The notes under the pieces were generated by a model that saw nothing but the letters and a program-made list of their open reading frames with translations, was not told where the DNA came from and ran no database searches. The position numbers and the translations under genes were made by a program. Of a DNA stretch of 64,000 bases, positions 41,511-54,913 are shown piece by piece (position 1 is the first letter of the stretch; every line of letters starts with the position of its first letter). Source of the DNA: Octopus vulgaris (lineage: Eukaryota). The stretch covers positions 55,552,001 to 55,616,000 of the forward strand of contig OX597823.1 of assembly GCA_951406725.2 (NCBI GenBank), in the 5' to 3' direction.

Positions 41511-42219
41511 GCACACAATGAGAGGGCTTTCAGATACTGTGATTCGAATAAGCTTATATTCAACCCACGATTTATTTCACGGTCCCAGGTCTTGCTACAA
41601 TGATACAGCTGCAAAGTGTAGGCCATTTGCGTCTAATTTCACCATACTTACACACTTTTCATAAAGCTTAATAGCGAAAAGTACCTAATTCTCAACCCTC
41701 ACCTTTCTCTTCAAGAACCTTGGAACAAAGCCTGTGTCATTAGATCTCCCAAATTCGTCTACTTTGTAGTTTCCTTTACCACATCCGCCAGACAGAAGAA
41801 ACCTCTCTTGTCTTCATTATCAAAAGTATGTTATGCTATAAAGGACGTCTATCAACCAGGGTAAATTAATCCGGTTGATAACCGGGCCCCTTCCTTACAG
41901 CATAACAGTTGTTCTGTATGAACCCACAGTCCAGCAATGTATGGGTATTGGACTAATGATTGTCATTCATCTTCCTTAATCTGCGTGCATCTCAGAAGCG
42001 TTCAGATGACGACAACTCCAGCGCAGCCATACTAACAGAAATGCGTTTGACATAATGGATTGCGCCATGTATTCTCGCTCTTTGTGTTCCGGGTTTCCTT
42101 AGTGTTATTGATTTGTGTTATTCCTGTTATTGATTCGTTGTGGTTGCTGTTATTGGTTTGTGGTTAATGAACTGTTTTGCATTAATGGTAAACGACAGCG
42201 GCCCTTGCTTTTCCTATAG

Positions 42220-42264
42220 ATAAACATAGATGACGTGGAGATGGAAGACAGACTTGCTGCAAAG
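42220..42264 (+). CDS. Candidate 45-nt host micro-exon (INIDDVEMEDRLAAK)
   Basis: Acceptor cccttgcttttcctatag, donor AAG|gtaact; only the phase-0 frame is open; unique sequence context. Confidence 0.45.
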
Positions 42265-42561
42265 GTAACTGCTGGAGTTCCATTTATTCTTAGGAGGAAC
42301 TTTCCAGGTGCAGATTCATGCTCAACACTGACTAACACAGGGTTTCAATATCTAGGATTAGATAATTGAATGTACAGTTTCTGATTAAGGAGGTAGTGTG
42401 CGATTTGAGTAGTGTGTGATTTGGCTGCTATTTCTAGTGATCCTAGCAACCAAACGCGAAACAACTAGCGCGATGACGGAATTTGAGGGAATTTGCAAAA
42501 AATAAAAAAATATCGGTCAAATGAAGTTGCACGCGAATGGAGTGTTGTTGTTGTTTGTTGT

Positions 42562-42615
<54 letters not shown>

Positions 42616-43741
42616 CGATGATAACGATGACGGCGATGACGACCACGACCACGACCACGACCACGACGATGATGATGATGATGCCGCCGCCACCGCCGCC
42701 ACCGACGACGACGACGACGATGATGATGATGGCGATGATAGTGATGATGGTGATGATGTTGATGATGTTGATAATGATGAGGAGGAGGATGTCGTTGTTG
42801 TTGCTGTTATTGATTTGTGGTTAATGAACTGTTTTTGTTTTGTTTTGTTTTGTTTTGCTTTGTTTTTTTTTTCAAAAAGCTTTTGTATTCTTGGTTTATA
42901 GCTTCATGTAATGTATGCCGTGTTCTTCTCAATGAATTTTCTGCTTATGTATCCGTCCATTCTAAAATCCAAAGTGCATTTGCTTCATGTAAGGAGTCTT
43001 ATGTTTATTTTTTATTTGTTTTGAACGGCGGTTTGTCTTTGATGTGTTTCCTTCTTTGCAGTTCTTCTATTATACTTTATTCGACTAAATAATTACTTGT
43101 TTTTTTGTTTTTTTTAAAAATTTATTAACGTTTATTTTTCTCCGTTAATTTCTTTATGACGACGTTGTTGTTGCTGTTGTTGATGATGATGATGATGATG
43201 ATGATGAATATGATGATGACGAAGACGACGGCAACGACGACGGTGGTGATGGCGGCGACGAAAATGAGGATAAAGAAGTGCTGAGGATGATGATGATGAT
43301 GATGACAACGATAGCGGTGTTGATGGTGAGAATGAAGATGATGATGGTGTTGATGATGTCGACGACGACGATGAAGACGACAATGATGGTAGTGATGACG
43401 ACAGCGACGATGATGATGATGATAATAATGATGTTGATGATGATGATGATGATGATGATGATAAGGAGGAGGAGGAAGAAGAGGAGATGGAGTATGGTAG
43501 AGGTGGTGCTGATAGTAATTTGTTGTTGTTTAACATCTCTGATTGAGAAGATCAATACAATCAAAATCATGCGAAGCCATGGCAATTTCGTTTATTTAAA
43601 CTTTAAGATTACATTCTATAATGTCTCCTATCCCTTTTCCAAGACGGTGAGTTTCATTCGCAGACAATTTGACGGCTATTTCAAGCAGATGTTGCGACTA
43701 CGAGGCGGCTTCTCGTTGGTGCATATTCTTCAGACAGTCCT

Positions 43742-44330
43742 AAGGCGGCGAGCTGGCAGAAACGTTAGCACGCCGGACGAAACGCTAAGCGGTATTTCGT
43801 CTGCCGCTACGTTCTGAGTTCAAATTCCGCCGAGGTCGACTTTGCCTTTCATCCTTTCGGGGTCGATTAAATAAGTACCAGTTACGCATTGGGGTCGATA
43901 TAATCGACTTAATCCGTTTGTCTGTCCTTGTGTGTCCTCTCTGTGTTTAGCACCTTGTGGGTAGTAAAGAAATAGGTATTTCGTCTGTCTTTATGTTGAG
44001 TTCATATTCCGTCGAGTCCGTTTTACCTTCCATCCTTTCGGGGTCGATAAATTAAGTACTAGTTGCATCCTGGGTCGATCTAATCGACTGGCTCCCTCCA
44101 CCAAAATTTCAGGCCTTGTGCCTAGAGTAGAAAAGAAAGTTTTTAAGACGGCGAGCTGGCAGAAACGTTAGCACGCCGGGCAAAATGCTTTGCGGTATTT
44201 CGTCTCTCATTATGTTCTGAGTTAAAATTCCGCCGAGGTCGATAAATTAAATACATTTGTATCCGGGGTCGATCTAATCGACTAGCCCCCTCCCCAAAAG
44301 TTTCGGGCCTTGTGCCTAGAGTTGAAAAGA
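43742..44330 (+). mobile_element. Tandem array of three SINE family A units
   Basis: Repeated gagttcaaattccgccgaggtcga blocks; imperfect flanking duplication ttctt.a.a.agtcct. Confidence 0.9.
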
Positions 44331-44890
44331 TTCTTTATAGAGTCCTGGACTGGGTAAGTTTTTTTCAATCATCAAACGAAACGTGACGATAATGGTCAGA
44401 AAATATCATGTCTGGTGATAATAAAATGTGTAATAAATTTTTAAAATGACGGCATTTCTATGAGTCTCACTTGTAATGATAAGGGTAATAACAACCGCCT
44501 GCGAAGCTATTTGATCAAGAAGATAATACCGGGAAAATCTTTAAACATCGATAAACTTAAGAAATTTATTGTTTTGTTCACAGCCAAAATTACTTCGGGC
44601 ATATGCAGAAAATTGCTTGATTAAAAAAAACAAACAATGCTTAAATTGAGTTTAGTCGCCATTTCAATGAAAAGCAAACGCACAGCGACACATACGTATA
44701 CGCACGAACATGCTGACACACACGAACAAGCTCATACACATATCTCGTCCGGCGCCTGAACTTTCCGCCAATCCAACACTCACAAGTTTTACTCTCTTCA
44801 CCGGATTCTAAATGGATAAAAGGCTTAGTAAATACTGTGTGTGCGCATGCGCATGTGTATATTTAATCTATCTATCTATCTATCAATATT

Positions 44891-44941
<51 letters not shown>

Positions 44942-44967
44942 CTCTCTCTATCTATATATATATATTG

Positions 44968-44999
<32 letters not shown>

Positions 45000-45339
45000 T
45001 GATTGATGAGTATATTATCATGCATACACCCTCACATATACACACATACAAATCCTAGATTTGAAGAAAGTATTAATAATTGGTATATATATATGTTTGA
45101 CCCACATACACTATCACATAATGCCCACAATATAGGTATAAAATATGCAATAAACATAAATGTCTATACATACATACATGCATACATACAACAGTAAAAA
45201 ACGCTGGAACTTAACCGTAGCGTGACTGGACTACTTGAAGGCTTTTGGTAGTAAACCATATGGGTGGATCATCAAGGTTTTACAGTTAGCCAAAGTCTCA
45301 CAACCACTAGTGATTGGTATTGAGTGCCTGCCCAAGACT

Positions 45340-45860
45340 TGAGATACCACATTGCTCCTTAGGAATGATAAGGAGCAAATTGCTTCTCGTGACATTCACA
45401 GCCAAAACGGTATGTTTCAGGGCGATAGCCCCTCAGTACTGCTCTTCGTCGTCTCAGTACCTTATCTGCTTAGCACCTTATTAAACTCACTGCCTTATCT
45501 GCTCAAAAATCGTAGAGGTCATAAAAATGTGTTCAGAAGTATCTCCCATCTTTTCTTTGTTGACGACCTGAAATTGTACGGGTCAAAAATCAACCACAAA
45601 AAAAGTAATTGGACCTCATTACCCAATTTTCTACAGGCATTGAAATGAAATTTGGTGAATCCAAATGTGAATTTTTGACAATAAAACGTGAAATAGTTGT
45701 GCCTCCTTCGAAAACCTAAAGATGAACGGCTTGACAAGGCAACGTCAGGTGACAAATATAGATATCTTGGACAATATGATAATGTCAGATATGATGGACT
45801 CGTAACTAGAGAGAGGACCAGGAATGAATATCTCAGGATAGTAAAGTGAATGTGGTCATC
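45340..45860 (+). pseudogene. Non-LTR reverse transcriptase fragment, R4/Dong-like
   Basis: GMFQGDSPSVLLF…ISHLFFVDDLKLYG…MKFGESKC…YRYLG. Confidence 0.85.
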
Positions 45861-45881
45861 AGAATTCTCAACTAACAGGCA

Positions 45882-46030
45882 TATGTGGTCTAATCAATAA
45901 GTATCCGGACTGTTGTCATAGTAACGAAGCTAAAGCACGCAGAGTAAAGCCGCTTGGCACAGATTGACCTTGAACTCTGCTGTGCATGCCCACTAACTTT
46001 TAACGTTCTAGCTCACTTCTGTTCGCAGCT
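45882..46030 (+). mobile_element. Probable mariner-type terminal fragment
   Basis: tatgtggtctaatcaataagtatccggact resembles a mariner TIR start. Confidence 0.45.
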
Positions 46031-46049
46031 TGAAAGGAAGGTATGTTTT

Positions 46050-46283
46050 GCCTGTGGGTCCCTTTGATTCAAATTCTACTCTATTGGTCCTCCATAGCCA
46101 TTTGAAGATTTAAAGAAGATCCTATTATATTTTTATAATTAGTTATTAGGAACTGTATGAAAAATACTTGTTAAAATATTTTGTGTATTGTTGAAGTATA
46201 AGAAATTTATTACGCATACATTTTAACAACAAAATCGTATATTGGACCCCCAAGGGTCATATGAACCCTGTTTGAGAACCATT
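46050..46283. mobile_element. Possible degraded hAT-type MITE
   Basis: End ggacccccaagggtcatatgaaccctgtttgagaacca; no matching left TIR found. Confidence 0.35.
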
Positions 46284-46812
46284 CATTTAAAAGATGATGA
46301 TCAAAAGAAAACGATTTCCTTCATAGCCTTGCTACTAAGCAGGTGGCTGGTCAAAATTCATTCTAAATTAAAAGATAACATACATACATACACACACATA
46401 CACACACGCATACATACATACATACATACATACACACACATACATACATACATACATACATACATACATACATGCATGCATACACACATATACATACATA
46501 CATACATACATACATACATACATACATACATACATACATACATACATACATACATACATACATACATACATACAACAGTATAGATTTATACTTCAGCATC
46601 CTCACCACCTGTATACATACCCATGAACATACAAACCAAAAGCTAATATCACAGTTAGTAACACAGTTATCTAAAAGTCTAAAGAGTATAGAACAGTGTG
46701 TAATAGTAGCAGTAAGCTATTAGAAGGTTATTTTATACCAGTTCTTAGATTTACTGGTTCGAGAAATCAATAGGTGTAATGTTTTAAAATTCGGCATATA
46801 AATACACTGCAT

Positions 46813-46879
<67 letters not shown>

Positions 46880-47299
46880 TTCACACACACAAACACACGT
46901 GTATATGTGTATATGCACTTATGTGTCTTTACGTCTACTTAAAGGTAGAGATAGTATATATGTGTATTTATATGTACATATATATATATGCGAGCGCGTG
47001 TACCTGCGTGTGTGTGTGTGTGAGTATGTGTGTATTCAGTATTATCTGGGTAATAATCTCATAGCGTGCGTTTAAAGCTCCTACACTTTTATCGGCTACC
47101 ATATGCCATCATACCACAAGGTTATTTCCTGGTGGATAAACATGTGGAATTCTGTTAGAGTATAGTATTCATATAAAATTTATTCAAGATGGAGTAAAAG
47201 AGGCTTTGATTACAAATTACAGCATTTGTTTCTGTGCCACAACACGAGATTTGAGTTGCTAAGTTTTCATTCAGTTATCACTACATAAAATTATTTTGT

Positions 47300-47690
47300 G
47301 ACTGTGTGGTAAGTAGCTTACTTACCAACCACATGGTTCCAGGTTCAGTCCCACTGCGTGGCACCTTGTGCAAGTGTCTTCTACTATAGCCTCGGGCCGA
47401 CCAAAGCTTTGTGAGTGGATCTGGTAGACGAAAACTGAAAGAAGCCCGTCGTATATATGTATATATATAGGTATATGTGTGTATATGCTGTGTATCTGTG
47501 TTTGTCCTCCCAACATCACTTGACAACCGATGCTGGTGTGTTCACGTCCCCGTAACCTAGCGGTTCGGCAAAAGAGACCGATGGAATAAGTACTAGGCTT
47601 ACAAAGAAAAAGACCTGGGGTCGATCTGCTCGACTAAAAGGCGGTGCTCCAGCATGGCCACAGTCAAATGACTGAAACAAGTAAAAGAGT
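47300..47690 (+). mobile_element. SINE family B, full length
   Basis: Head through tail present. Confidence 0.9.
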
Positions 47691-47769
47691 AACTGTAAAT
47701 GGATATTTAAACTAACGATAAATAAAAACGTAAAGAATTGCCAGCAGTTAGTAGGTGGGTAGGTATATA

Positions 47770-47976
47770 TGTCCACTCAGCTGGCAAAAATGATTGTACC
47801 CGTAATTCAAAGGGCTGGCCTTGTAACATCCTGTGTCAGGCTGAATCGCCTTGAGAATTATGTTAACAGTCCGCGTGTTTGTGAAGTGCTTAGCCACTTG
47901 CACGTTAATTTCACGAGCAGGCTGTTCTGTTGATCGGATCAACTGGAACCCTCGCCGTCGCAACCGACGGAGTGTC
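47770..47976 (+). mobile_element. SINE family D, 3' part
   Basis: Homologous to 52724-52903 and 52939-53145. Confidence 0.85.
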
Positions 47977-48087
47977 ATATGTCTGCGTGTATGTATATGT
48001 GTAGGTATGTACGTGAGTTTTGCAGAGGGTGTATGTGCATAAGTAGGATATATGTGGAGATATATGTAGGAAAACAGGAGTGGAAGT

Positions 48088-48312
48088 GAATATGTCTTTA
48101 AAATGAAACTGGATCTCTTCCTGTCAGGTGTCCCAGATGAACCAACTTCACGGCAGAAGGTGCAGATGAGGGCAGCTGCATCGAACTCTCTCATGCACCA
48201 AATGGCAGTTGCTAGAAAGCGTTCGTGAAGTAAAACCAAGTAGCAACACCAAATGGCGGTGCCCCAGCATGGCCACAGCTCATGAGCTGAAACTAGAATC
48301 AATCAATCAATC
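48088..48312 (+). mobile_element. CR1/L2-type LINE 3' end
   Basis: FKMKLDLFLSGVPDEP…RAAASNSL, stop, short UTR, (AATC)n tail. Confidence 0.75.
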
Positions 48313-48364
48313 ATAAAAGAATGTGTGTGTGTGTGTGTGTATCGATGTGTATACCTATGTGTAT

Positions 48365-48418
<54 letters not shown>

Positions 48419-48430
48419 CACTATTTATTA

Positions 48431-48468
<38 letters not shown>

Positions 48469-48855
48469 AGGGCGTATGTTGGATAAAGCGAATGAATGGA
48501 CATAAGTGAAGTACGAAGGGTTAGTCGAATAACTTTCTGTGTGAGATAAGAATATTATGAAATACCAAAAAGTTTCTTTTTTACTCAAGAGGTGACAATG
48601 GGTCATTTTGACGGAAAGCGGTTACGACTATAAAGATAATAAATAATTCTTGTTCATGTCTCGAGACGAAATGAGACAAGCTTGCAATGAAATACGAAAG
48701 GCAAGAGTTATGCTTGATATACATGTATGAATTTATTTGTTTTTGCCTCCTTAAATGAATTCAGTCTATTTGCTTTGGAATTGTCACTTTTATTTTATAT
48801 TGTTTTATTTTTATTTTACTATAAGTATATATGTATGTATATATATATATATATA

Positions 48856-48924
<69 letters not shown>

Positions 48925-49584
48925 ACATACATGTGTGTGTGTGTGCGTGTATTTGGTATTTGTAACTTGTGTGGCCTTGGACTTCTGAACTACTCGATAA
49001 AGATAGAAAGATATTTATATGAAGGCAAATAAATTTGAAGAAATTCAAAAAGATCCGACAGTGCATTAAAAACAATCGACTCGATAAAAAAACCGGCTCA
49101 CATCTGTTGCTGAATCATGCTTAATTATATAATTACTTCTAAAATAATTATATGTAATGATATGAGAATGAAAACTCTGGAACTTAAAGCTCGTACAATG
49201 GCACAGAAACAAATGTTGTAATCTATAATTATAGTCTGTTATTCCATCATCTTGTATAAATTTTTATACGTATATATATATGAGTGAGTGTATGTGTGTG
49301 TTTATGTGTGTGTGTGTGTGTGTGCGCGAGCGCGCACGAGTACATGTGCATTTATGTGTGTGTATGTGTATATAAGTGTGCTTAAGCGGGGCTGAGCTAC
49401 TGTTAACAAACAACAACAATGAGCACATTGAAGTAAAACAAAATCATACAAAGCATCAATAAATTTCAAATCGCTCACTCTACTTGACAGTAACTGGGCT
49501 GCTTTCTTACTGTATAACCCATGGCCTGTCATGGTACAACTGTTCGATCATGTGAACATGTTTTATTTTTTGTCCATACACCAC

Positions 49585-49739
49585 TGGCTGTGTGGTAAGT
49601 AGCTTGCTAACCAACCACATGGCTCCGGGTTCAGTCTCACTGCGTGGCATCTTGGGCAAGTGTCTTCTGCTATAGCCCCGGGCCGACCAATGCCTTGTGA
49701 GTGGATTTGGTAAACGGAAACTGAAAGAAGCCTGTCGTA

Positions 49740-49804
<65 letters not shown>

Positions 49805-50012
49805 TTGTGTGTCTGTGTTTGTCCCCCCAGCATTGCTTGACAACCGATGCTGGTGTTTTTACGTCCCCGTCACTTAGCGGTTCGGCAAAAGAGACCGATC
49901 GAATAAGTAGTGGGCTTACAAAGAATAAGTCCCGGGGTCGATTTGCTCGACTAAAGGCGGTGCTCCAGCATGGCCGCAGTCAAATGACTGAAACAAGTAA
50001 AAGAGTAAAAGA
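49585..50012 (+). mobile_element. SINE family B, full length
   Basis: Head through tail present. Confidence 0.9.
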
Positions 50013-50055
50013 ATATACCGTATTTTCCCTTTCAGGTGTAGCAGAAACTATTTCG

Positions 50056-50410
50056 TTGTGTCTGGGGAGAGTCATGTTCTTTTTGTGCCTTATAATGTAA
50101 CACACTCACCGGTAAAATTTCCACTTATTTCTTATATTATTTTCCTAAAATTTTCGTTGCGTCTTGCAACCTTTTCAAAAGTCTTGACTAATAGTCTTGA
50201 CTTTTCAAGAGTCAAAACTATTGAAAAGGTTGCAAGACGCAACGAAAATTTTAGGAAAATAATATAAGAAATAAGTGGAAATTTTACCGGTGAGTGTGTT
50301 ACAATTATAAGGCACAAATATAAATGACTCTCCCCAGACACAAGAGATTATGCTTCAATACACGAACTCATATAAAGAATCTTGCAAACCAAATCCAAAA
50401 ACGAAAGAAA
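50056..50410. mobile_element. Palindromic mini-element (arms 50056-50343) plus one-sided tail; HHR-like fold at 50218-50254 and in the mirror arm
   Basis: Near-perfect inverted arms; same family as 21655-21973. Confidence 0.85.
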
Positions 50411-51808
50411 CTATTTCATTTTGGTTAGAAAGAAAGTTGATTTCAGTGAGAGCCGTTTGGTTATTATTTCTAGCATGCCGATCAACCAAATAGAGACCTC
50501 ACTGTAATTTAGTATTCTACTTTGATGCAGCGTAACGTTTTAAGCAGCGACAGCACAATACATCACGTATTACTCGCAACTTCCGGCGCGCCATTTTATT
50601 TGCAGTGAGACAACTAGCAAAGTCGATAATAGGCGACAGAATGACATACCCACCTACTAAACTCTCAAAGCACCCAGGTATTTAGATAAAATTTCCGTTT
50701 TTCACAGACTGCTAAATGGTGATACACCTGCATGACTGTCTGTACTGCTGACTCTATTCGAAAGAAATAATGTTAATAACCTACCGAAATCCACATTTAC
50801 CCGATACCTGCATTTTTATACGTTTAAGTATGCATGTATGTACGTGCGTATGTATGCATGTATGAATGTATGCATGTATGTATGTTTGTTTGTATGAATA
50901 TAAGTTTGTATGTGAGTGCATGTATGCATACTTGTATGTATGTATGCATGTGCATGCATGCATTAATGTATGTATGGTGTATGTAGGCTTATATACATAT
51001 CTTCATGTATGTAATGTATGTTTGTAAGTCATGTAGTGTTTTAAACTAGTGTACGTATATCTATCTATTTGTCTGTCCCCCATCTATCCGTCCATCCATC
51101 CATCCATCCATCCATTCATCAGTCTGTCAGTCTGTCTGTCTGTCTGTCTATCTGTCTATCTATCTATCTATCTATCTGTCTATCTATCTATCTATCTATC
51201 GATCTCTATCTTTATCTTACTCTCTCTATTTAGAGACACACATAAGTATGCATACATATAGGTATATACATATATAAACACATTAGCATGCACAAACGTT
51301 GAAACCAATATGTGATATCCACTTCGGTACTTATTTCAGTGTGGCACTTATTTCATCTATCTTTATTTTTTCCAAACGCAGGAAGGCCATCTCATGTGAA
51401 ACCGTTACTGGAAATGCTTTCCGGATATTATGTTCTTGCTTGATATTAATGTACGGATATTTAGAGCGTAGAGCTAGTGTTGTATACATGTTATTCACCG
51501 AAATGCAATGTCAGGAATCATATCATATACACACGCATACATATACACGCAAGCGCGGGTCACGCCTGGGCATCGAGTAGAAAAACGGCCTTCCGCAGCC
51601 TAAGCGGCTCCGCGTCGCCGGCACCTGCTCTACCCGTACATGGCCGTTCCCTTTTGTCGCAACAATATGTTCGGCCTTTCGCAGCCTACTTAACCCACAG
51701 ATAAAGCATATTTATTCACCAATGCGGTGCTGAGCTCTCGTTCTGATATCGGCGAACCTATTATACTTGGTAACACACACAGACATATGTGTGTTTGTGT
51801 GTGTGTGT

Positions 51809-51844
<36 letters not shown>

Positions 51845-52240
51845 TGGTTAGATCCAAGCATAGACACGGCTTGTATAGATAACACAAGGTCGATGATATT
51901 CGATGAACGAAGATTGTTAACGTATGCAATACATTTCGCCGCATATCGGATTAGATAGAATTTTCCGATAAGATGACCGTCGCTATACAACTAGCCGCAA
52001 AAGTGGCTAATTATGCTATTATAAATCTGTAGGTAAAAGGAATGGAATTGGTGATTACGTACTTCATAGGAGGGAGAAGAAGGAACATAGAACATCTATA
52101 TAAAAGCTGAAAATCACATAATATCCATTCCCTTCACCCACTAATGCATATACTTGTGTGTGTGCGTGTGTGTGGTTTGGGTAGAAAGAGAAGAGAGATA
52201 TTGATACAAATAAACAGATACAAATCTTGGGTTTTAATGT

Positions 52241-52278
<38 letters not shown>

Positions 52279-52326
52279 CATACACACACACACATACACA
52301 CACACGCACGCACGCACACACACACA

Positions 52327-52408
<82 letters not shown>

Positions 52409-52530
52409 CACATGCAAAAAGAGAAGCCAGACTCAAAATTTCCAGATGATAGACGATCAAGTATAACAATCAGTGTTCTCCATACTGAGATTCTCTCAAT
52501 CTCATTTCTTGACTCATTATATATGTATGT

Positions 52531-52908
52531 GTGGAGTCGCAATGGCCCAGTGGTTAGGACAGCGGACTCGCGGTCTTAGTATCGCGGTTTCGATTACAAC
52601 ACCGGGTGTTGTGAGTGTTTATTGAGCGAAAACACCCAAAGCTCCACGAGACTCTGGCAGGGGGTGGAGGTGAACCCTGTTGTGCTCTTTCACCACAATT
52701 TACTCTTTCTTCCTCTTTCTGTTGTACCTGTATTTCAAAGGGCCAGCCTTGTCACACTCTGTGTCACGCTGAATCTCCCCGAGAACTACGTTAGAGGTAC
52801 ACGTGTCTGTAGAGGGCTCAGCCACTTGCACGTTGATTTCATGAGCAGGCTGTTTCGTTGATTGGATCAACTGAAACACTCGTCATCGTAACCGACGGAG
52901 TGCCAACA
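52531..52908 (+). mobile_element. SINE with family C head and family D tail
   Basis: Head matches 17920-18049; tail matches 47800-47976. Confidence 0.85.
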
Positions 52909-52938
52909 AATGTATGTATGTATGTATGTATGTAAAGA

Positions 52939-53203
52939 GCACTCCGTCGGTTGCGACGACGAGGGTCCCAACTGATACGATCAACGGAACAGCTTGCTCG
53001 TGATAATAACGTGCAAGTGGTTGAGCACTCCACAAAAACGTGTGCCCTTAACGTAGTTCTCGGGCAGATTCAGCGTGACACAGTGTGTGACAAGGCTGGC
53101 CCTTTGAAATACAGGTACTACTTATTTTTGCCAGCTGAGTGGACTGGAGCAACGTGAAATAAAGTGTCTTGCTCAAGGACACAACACGCCGCCAGGAATT
53201 GAA
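52939..53203 (-). mobile_element. SINE family D, 5'-truncated
   Basis: Tail-to-tail with the preceding SINE. Confidence 0.85.
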
Positions 53204-53206
53204 CAC

Positions 53207-53237
<31 letters not shown>

Positions 53238-53369
53238 TAGTGAGACAAAGCGAAATCAAGAGCTCCATGCGAAGATCTCAGTCAACACTTCAAGCGAAAT
53301 CAGGGCTAGCAGGATATTGATAGTAATATAATAATAAATGCAATGCAGGTACCTGTAAACCTATGTTAA

Positions 53370-53431
<62 letters not shown>

Positions 53432-53613
53432 ACGCACGCACGCACGCACGCACATACATAGATATTGTGATGTCACTTTGGTAAAGCGACAACGATTAAC
53501 GATAGAAACTGACGTGGCGATTAACTGAGTCATGTATATATAGAAAATATATAGATACATGCATATATACATTCATACATACATAAACTCATAGATCCAG
53601 TCACACACACATG

Positions 53614-53663
<50 letters not shown>

Positions 53664-53756
53664 CATATATATATACATACATACATATATACATATATAT
53701 ACATACATATATATATATATATATACATACATATATATATATATATACATACATAC

Positions 53757-53787
<31 letters not shown>

Positions 53788-53812
53788 CATATATATATAC
53801 ATATATATATAC

Positions 53813-53847
<35 letters not shown>

Positions 53848-54167
53848 CATATATAAATATACATATATATATATATATATATAGATATAGATATATATAT
53901 ATATACACATGTATGCAGATATGCAGATAGAGTGGTTGGAGAGGGAGAGTAAGAGAGTTCTTATGGGATTTACATGAAACTAAGTTCACAGCAAAACATT
54001 AAAAAAAAAAAGAGAGAGAAAGAAAGAAGGAAAGAAATTTAATCGATATTCACTTAGTTTAGTGATTGATTTTATGCGAGCTCGATACTGAATGGAAAGA
54101 ACAATAGGATAAACTTAGTCACCGTTAGAAGTATTTTCACAGTAGTAGTAGTAGTAGTAGTAGTAGT

Positions 54168-54230
<63 letters not shown>

Positions 54231-54240
54231 GGTGGTGGTG

Positions 54241-54281
<41 letters not shown>

Positions 54282-54913
54282 TGCCGTTGTTGTTGATGCT
54301 ACTGTTAATATTACTGTCGTTTGTCTTGCCGTTGATTTTTTTTTTTTTTGAGACTTTTATAGTTTCTGCTGTTGTTGTAGTCTCTCTTGTTTGGTTGTTG
54401 TTGTTTTTTGTTTGCTTATTTGTTGTTGTTGTTGTTGTTTGTTGTTGTTGCTGTTGTAAAGGAAGAAAAAAACAAAAGGATGATATAATGCAATACTAAT
54501 GCTCTTGGTGTACATGCTTCTGAAAGTCACCAGCTAAAGTAACTTTTAGTTTAGCAGATTAGTAGAATAGCAGTGTAACGGTGGAGCAGAATAGGTGTAT
54601 AGCAAGGTGGTGGGTTGAAAACACAAGTTTGTTGTTGTTGTCGCTGCTGCTGCTTTTGTCGTTTATTTCTCACTCCTGGAGAAAGAATGAGTAACAGAAT
54701 GAATGAATGACAACATTAGCACGTGACTGTTACTTATGTTCCAATGAACGTGTTCACACTGTTTTTTCTTGCACCGTGTGTGCGCGCGCGCGCGTGTATG
54801 TATGTGTGTATGTGTGCGTATGTATGTGTATGTGTGGGTGTGTGGATAACAACATTATACAATATGAGTTCGTCTACTTTTAAAACAACGACGTGATTGG
54901 AGGGAAATTTGAC

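Noticed and set aside
42521-43585. Poly-Asp, poly-Ser and poly-His acidic protein ORFs (also poly-Glu at 58187-58516)
   Set aside because: Compound (GAT)/(GAC)/(GAA) microsatellites without splice or domain support.
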